This document shows, one piece after another, positions 59,693-64,000 of a stretch of DNA of 64,000 bases (position 1 is its first letter; the number at the start of each line of letters is the position of its first letter). The translations under genes were made by a program, and so were the position numbers. The notes under the pieces were generated by a model. That model made no database searches. It was not told where the DNA came from and saw only the letters and a list, made by a program, of their open reading frames with translations. The stretch is from Candidatus Marinacidobacterales bacterium (GTDB lineage: Bacteria > Acidobacteriota > Vicinamibacteria > Marinacidobacterales > SMYC01). The stretch covers positions 8,000,001 through 8,064,000 of the forward strand of contig OZ250169.1 of NCBI GenBank assembly GCA_965237955.1. Direction: 5' to 3'.

Positions 59693-61120
59693 CGTCCTGT
59701 GCCAAAACTCGGCCCTTTTGAAATAGGCCATAAATCAGCAGCTTAGTGTCTGTGTTTGCGCCGGGGCCAAGGGCCGTAGGCTTTACAATCGTCTGGCCCG
59801 AGGGTGTTATCTTCAGATCCATGATGACGTACCACGTGCAATTCCTACTGCTCGTTCTAGCTGGCTGGGTCAACCGCCAGCAGCAGGATGTGATCGACTA
59901 CCTGCAAGAGGAGAACCGTGTGCTCCGAGCCGGGCTTCGGGGCAAGCGTCTCAGTCTCTCGGACGACGACCGGCGCAGGCTCGCGGTCAAGGCCCAGGCT
60001 TTGGGCCGCGAGGCGCTGGCCCAGATTGCGTCCGTTGCCACACCCGCTACGCTTCTGCGCTGGTACCGCCACCTCATTGCAGCCAAGTACGATGGCAGCA
60101 AGAACCGGAGTCCAGGCCGACCTCCGACGGCGAAGGACATCCGTGAGCTCATTGTGCGCGTGGCGCGGGAGAACCCGACGTGGGGATATACGCGCCTGCG
60201 AGGCGCACTCAAGAACCTAGGACATGAACTCGGACGCAACACTATCAAGAGGATCCTCGCCGAGCACGGTATCGCGCCTGCGCCGGAGCGGGGCAGGAGC
60301 ATGTCGTGGAGCACCTTCATCAAGGCTCATTGGGGCGCCATCGCTGCGACAGACCTGTTCGCCGTCGAGGTTGTGAACCCGTTCGGGCTCGTCCGCTACC
60401 ATGTCCTGTTTGTCATCGATATCGCCACTCGCTGCGTGTGCATCGGTGGGATAACGTCGGACCCCAACGGGGAGTGGATGAAGCAGGTGGCAAGAAACCT
60501 CACTGACATGTGGGATGGTTTCCTCCTTGGCAAGCGATACCTCATCCACGACCGGGACCCGCTATTCACCGAGGCGGTACGTGGGCTGTTGAGAGATTCA
60601 GGCGTGAAGCCCCTGCGCCTTCCAGCCAATAGTCCAAATCTGAACGCATACGCGGAAAGATTCGTTCTCTCCATACGTCGAGAGTGTCTCGACCGCTTCG
60701 TACCTCTCAGTGAGCGACACCTGCGCACAGCGGTAACCGAATACGTAGTGCACTATCACACAGAACGGAACCACCAAGGTCTCGGCAACGAGCTCCTCAC
60801 ACCTCTGCCGGCAAGCGCGAATGACGCTGGCCCCATCGTGTCGCGAGAGCGACTTGGGGGCATTCTCAACTACTACTGCCGTGCCGCGTAGATGGTCGCC
60901 GGCGACGGTAGCCCCTCGGCGGGATCGACCGGCGTAGCGTGGAAACAGCTTCAGGAACACGCTTCGATATTCGCTCTCGACTAGGTGGTCATCTGCATGG
61001 TGACGACCCGCCCGCCCAAGACGATTGTAAAGCCCACGGCCCTTGACCCGGTCGCAAACACAGACACTAAGTTGCTGATTTATGGCCTATTTCAAAAGGG
61101 CCGAGTTTTGGCACAGGACG
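59693..61120 (+). mobile_element. Type-A element bounded by two left-type ends (~100-bp TIRs)
   Basis: 59693-59794 matches rc 61020-61120; flanks GACCC / GGGTC, no TSD. Confidence 0.85.
59821..60891 (+). CDS. Type-A integrase-core DDE transposase
   Basis: Close homologue of 5997-7064, frame intact. Confidence 0.9.
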   Translation: MMTYHVQFLLLVLAGWVNRQQQDVIDYLQEENRVLRAGLRGKRLSLSDDDRRRLAVKAQALGREALAQIASVATPATLLRWYRHLIAAKYDGSKNRSPGRPPTAKDIRELIVRVARENPTWGYTRLRGALKNLGHELGRNTIKRILAEHGIAPAPERGRSMSWSTFIKAHWGAIAATDLFAVEVVNPFGLVRYHVLFVIDIATRCVCIGGITSDPNGEWMKQVARNLTDMWDGFLLGKRYLIHDRDPLFTEAVRGLLRDSGVKPLRLPANSPNLNAYAERFVLSIRRECLDRFVPLSERHLRTAVTEYVVHYHTERNHQGLGNELLTPLPASANDAGPIVSRERLGGILNYYCRAA

Positions 61121-61265
61121 GGGTCCGTCTCCTCTAGATCCGGCGCGTAAAAGGATCGACAGGCGTTTGCCACGAACGCGTCAAAGCCATCGGCATCGAG
61201 CAAGGCGTTCAAGCGCGTGTAGAAAGGATGCCCCGGCGAAACCGGCAGATCAGACGCGGCGATCC
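61121..61265 (-). pseudogene. N-terminal fragment of an IS1182/IS5-like (DUF772) transposase
   Basis: DLPVSPGHPFYTRLNALL...FDAFV...C..FYA. Confidence 0.7.
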
Positions 61266-61426
61266 CGTCCTGTCCGAAAACGCGAACGGAGCGGCAAGGT
61301 CGAATCCTAGAGGCGTTCTCAAAACTCGCGGAGACCAGCCGACGCGGTACTGGCTCTGCGATAGGCGACCCCGAGCAGACCTCTCCTGCAGACCATCCGT
61401 TCCGTCCAACTGGCGCGCCCGAACTC

Positions 61427-62509
61427 CTATGCGGCGTCGCGGTGGTAATAGCTGAGCAAGCCGCCCAATCGCTTACGACATCGCACCTTCCCGTGAGGAC
61501 TGCCGACGCATTCTTCCGCTTCGAGCAACGCGTTCCCGAGCCCTTGATGGTTGCGCTCTCCGTGATAATGATGGATGAACTCAGCGACGGCACGGCGCAG
61601 CGATTGCTCACTGAAGAAGATCATCCGCTCCAAGCACTCGCTCTTGATCGACAAAACAAACCTTTCGACGTAAGCGTTCAGATTCGGCGAACGGTGCGGC
61701 AGCCGCATGACGTCCGTTCCGGCGTGCTCGAGCAAATCGCGAAACTCCGTGGTGAACTTCTTGTCGCGGTCCAAGATGAGGAATCGCTTGCCGCGCAGAA
61801 AGCCGTCGAATGGGTCGGTGAGATTCCGACCGACCTGCATCATGAACGGGCCAACCGGCCCCGGAGTGATTCCGGCGATGTGTACTTTTCGCGAAGACAG
61901 CTCGATGACGACGAGCACATAGTAGGTCACGAGCCTGCAAACTGTGGCGACCTCGACGGTGAAGAAGTCGGTCGCAGCAACGGTTTCCCAATGGGCGGCG
62001 AGAAACGTGCGCCATGGCGTTCGCTCACTTCGCTCCGGCGCGGGCTCGATGCCATGTTCTCGCAGAATATTGGCGATGGTGCTCCTGGCTACCGTATGGC
62101 CGAGATTCGAGAGGGCGCCGCGAATGCGTGTATACCCCCACCTCGGATTCGACTTCGCCATCCCTACGACAAGCTTGCTAATCTCGGCCATGACCCGGGG
62201 CCGTCCAGGCTGTTTCCGCCGCTCGCTGTAGTCCCACTTCCCCGCAATCAGCCTTCGGTGCCAAGCCAGCAGGGTTTCCGGTGTGACGATACCGGCGACT
62301 TCTGCCAAGAGTTTCCGACCAAGCGCCTTACCCTTTACCGCGAGCCGACGTCGCTCGTCGTCTGTGAGACGAAGCTTCCTCCCGCAAAGCCGAGCTTTGA
62401 GGACTTTGTTCTCCTCGAGCAAGTAGAAAATAGCGGCCTGTTGGTCACGCTGGAGCCAACCAGCGACGGCGACGACCAACAAGGTCAAGGGCTGGACCGG
62501 CGTGCTCAT
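61427..62509 (-). CDS. Type-C integrase-core DDE transposase
   Basis: WGYTRIRGAL, TDFF / LDRD / NAYVERF, YHGERNHQG, RLGGLLSYY. Confidence 0.9.
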   Translation of the reverse strand: MSTPVQPLTLLVVAVAGWLQRDQQAAIFYLLEENKVLKARLCGRKLRLTDDERRRLAVKGKALGRKLLAEVAGIVTPETLLAWHRRLIAGKWDYSERRKQPGRPRVMAEISKLVVGMAKSNPRWGYTRIRGALSNLGHTVARSTIANILREHGIEPAPERSERTPWRTFLAAHWETVAATDFFTVEVATVCRLVTYYVLVVIELSSRKVHIAGITPGPVGPFMMQVGRNLTDPFDGFLRGKRFLILDRDKKFTTEFRDLLEHAGTDVMRLPHRSPNLNAYVERFVLSIKSECLERMIFFSEQSLRRAVAEFIHHYHGERNHQGLGNALLEAEECVGSPHGKVRCRKRLGGLLSYYHRDAA

Positions 62510-62544
62510 GACTGAGGATTCTAGCTCCCATTGGCCAACCAAGC

Positions 62545-62677
62545 CTAGTCCCCTGGATCTTTGATTACTATACAAAGTTAGGCTTTTCGCCAGCCCATAA
62601 GATTCATAAGATTCATGCACTTAGAATGGTTTCGGCAAGCTCTGCTTTATCTAGTTTGTTCTGATACAGGGGACTAG
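62545..62677 (+). mobile_element. 133-bp CTAG MITE, copy 4
   Basis: Empty site AAGCCTAGACAC at 48831-48842. Confidence 0.93.
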
Positions 62678-62849
62678 ACACGTTTATTACCAAACGTCCC
62701 GGCGAGCTCGTCTTGAGTTCGTTTGTATTTTTGGACACGACGCCTTCGCTGCGCGCTAAACGGAGTGTAAGCGCCTCTTTTGCAAAGGGATGCGCACACA
62801 TCACCAACAGTAAATGGCGCAAGCACCGCACAGGACGGCGTCGAAGACG

Positions 62850-62915
62850 AGTTCGCAGGGCGGCGCTCTCATGGCTGTCTGCCCGTCGATACGCGATCTT
62901 TTTTTTCGGATCACA
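62850..62915. mobile_element. Type-B right-end remnant
   Basis: Homologous to 2149-2219, ends TTTTCGGATCACA. Confidence 0.7.
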
Positions 62916-62987
62916 GGCGGATTACACGGACACGAACGGGACGCCGACCAGTAGTTTTCCGCTCAATCTTAATCTCAATCAGACCCT

Positions 62988-63941
62988 CTAGAAAAGGTAC
63001 TTTAAGTTCAGGCCGACGCCGAACATTTGGATGTCGCCGACCTCAAGGCCGCCCGACACAGGCTCGCTGCCATCCCTGCGAAGATTGGGCGGGTGGCTGC
63101 GCAGTGGATCCCAGACAATACTGTCGTCGTTTCGAAAAGAATGAAAGTTAACCCAGCGTCCCTTAACCCCGAGCAGTAATGCCTCCGTGAGCGCGTAGTC
63201 CACACCAAATAATACCTGGTAGCCGAACAGCGTATCGCTGAGCACGGTCTGTGCGCTGCTAGTCGATCCGGCAAGGGTCTGACGGATCTGCTCCACATTG
63301 TCTAGCCCCTCCCCGGTCGTGATCGCATTCGCATCAAGGTTCCTCTGCCACAGGGAACCATAATCCATATTGGTAAACCCGGTGCCCACACCAACCCCGA
63401 CATACGGCGTAAGCCGGCTAGCGTTCTTAAAATCGAAATACAGGTTGGCAAACAAGTTGTGCGAGGTAAGGCTGCCGATGCGGTCTGTGGCTACCTGGAG
63501 TTCCTGGGCGAGCTTGTCACCGGAGGCTCCAGTGGCCCCGGGAATATCGGAAGTTTGGTCATGGCCGGTGTCACGGTAGAAGTATTCCAGTTCAAAACGG
63601 AAGGAGTTATCCGCGAAGCGATAGCCGAGCGCCATACCGAACAGAGGGCCCTTGGCGGAATCGAATGCGTTTTGCCAATCGTCACCCTGACCGCGATTTG
63701 CGCCGGTGCAGTTGTAGTTCTCGTACCCCAGAGTGCCCATGACTGTATCGAACGCAGGGTTGATGTATTCGTCACACACACTCGCCCGGTCGTTGCTGAA
63801 TCCGACCATATCCAACGACGAGCCGAAATTCGCTCCCCACTCGCTGCCGAAATAGAACCCCGATTGGGCGTGCGCCGGGGTGCCTATCCAGAATGTAATG
63901 AAGATAACTATCAAAATTACGGACTGGAAAAACTTGTTCAT
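62988..63941 (-). CDS. Outer-membrane beta-barrel protein (OmpA-like/opacity/P44-Msp2-type)
   Basis: Signal peptide AHA-Q, GFYFG, FRFELEY, ANLYFDF, TPYVGVGVG, FGYQ...GVDY, terminal LKYLF. Confidence 0.85.
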   Translation of the reverse strand: MNKFFQSVILIVIFITFWIGTPAHAQSGFYFGSEWGANFGSSLDMVGFSNDRASVCDEYINPAFDTVMGTLGYENYNCTGANRGQGDDWQNAFDSAKGPLFGMALGYRFADNSFRFELEYFYRDTGHDQTSDIPGATGASGDKLAQELQVATDRIGSLTSHNLFANLYFDFKNASRLTPYVGVGVGTGFTNMDYGSLWQRNLDANAITTGEGLDNVEQIRQTLAGSTSSAQTVLSDTLFGYQVLFGVDYALTEALLLGVKGRWVNFHSFRNDDSIVWDPLRSHPPNLRRDGSEPVSGGLEVGDIQMFGVGLNLKYLF

Positions 63942-64000
63942 GAAGTCCCTCTCACTTTTGTCGAAATACTCATGCGTACATTGTACCGCGCCCGGTGATC

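Larger units (their letters stand above)
61266..62742 (-). mobile_element. Type-C integrase-core IS element, complete
   Basis: IRs CGTCCTGTCCGAAAACGCGAACG / rc CGTCGTGTCCAAAAATACAAACG; no TSD. Confidence 0.85.

Noticed and set aside
61442-62515. Long antisense ORFs (also 2851-3591, 24375-25187, 29030-29806, 43852-44625, 49498-50250)
   Set aside because: Shadows of real genes in GC-rich DNA, with no recognisable motifs.

Overview
GC-rich bacterial window. The gene content (Oar-type TonB-dependent receptor, cytochrome c/Cu-monooxygenase/TPR protein, GT39/GT87, MFS-spermidine synthase fusion) suggests Acidobacteriota, but that is inference. It is a dense mosaic of mobile DNA and truncated genes. 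Classical IS: IS6, ISAzo13 x2, IS21 x2 plus remnants, several IS256 types, IS5, ISL3, IS200, and IS3/IS1182 fragments. The dominant component is a set of at least five related single-ORF 'integrase-core (rve_3-like)' DDE elements, labelled A-E here, with ends of the form 5'-YGT-N5-7-CAAAA. The 12 type-A ends all sit next to a polar NAYCN pentamer (GACCC in 6/12), show no target duplication and usually amputate the neighbouring gene. There are also hybrid-ended mini-elements and two MITE families: a 133-bp CTAG MITE x4 with empty-site evidence, and a ~93-bp type-B MITE x3. Other notable items: an ISL3 inserted exactly on the TBDR start codon, an orphan integron cassette pair (attC, no intI), a DUF2924-serine recombinase module with a duplicated downstream region, and a ~215-bp conserved non-coding element in two diverged copies. 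No rRNA, tRNA or CRISPR array was found. Coordinates were read by eye and no database searches were run.
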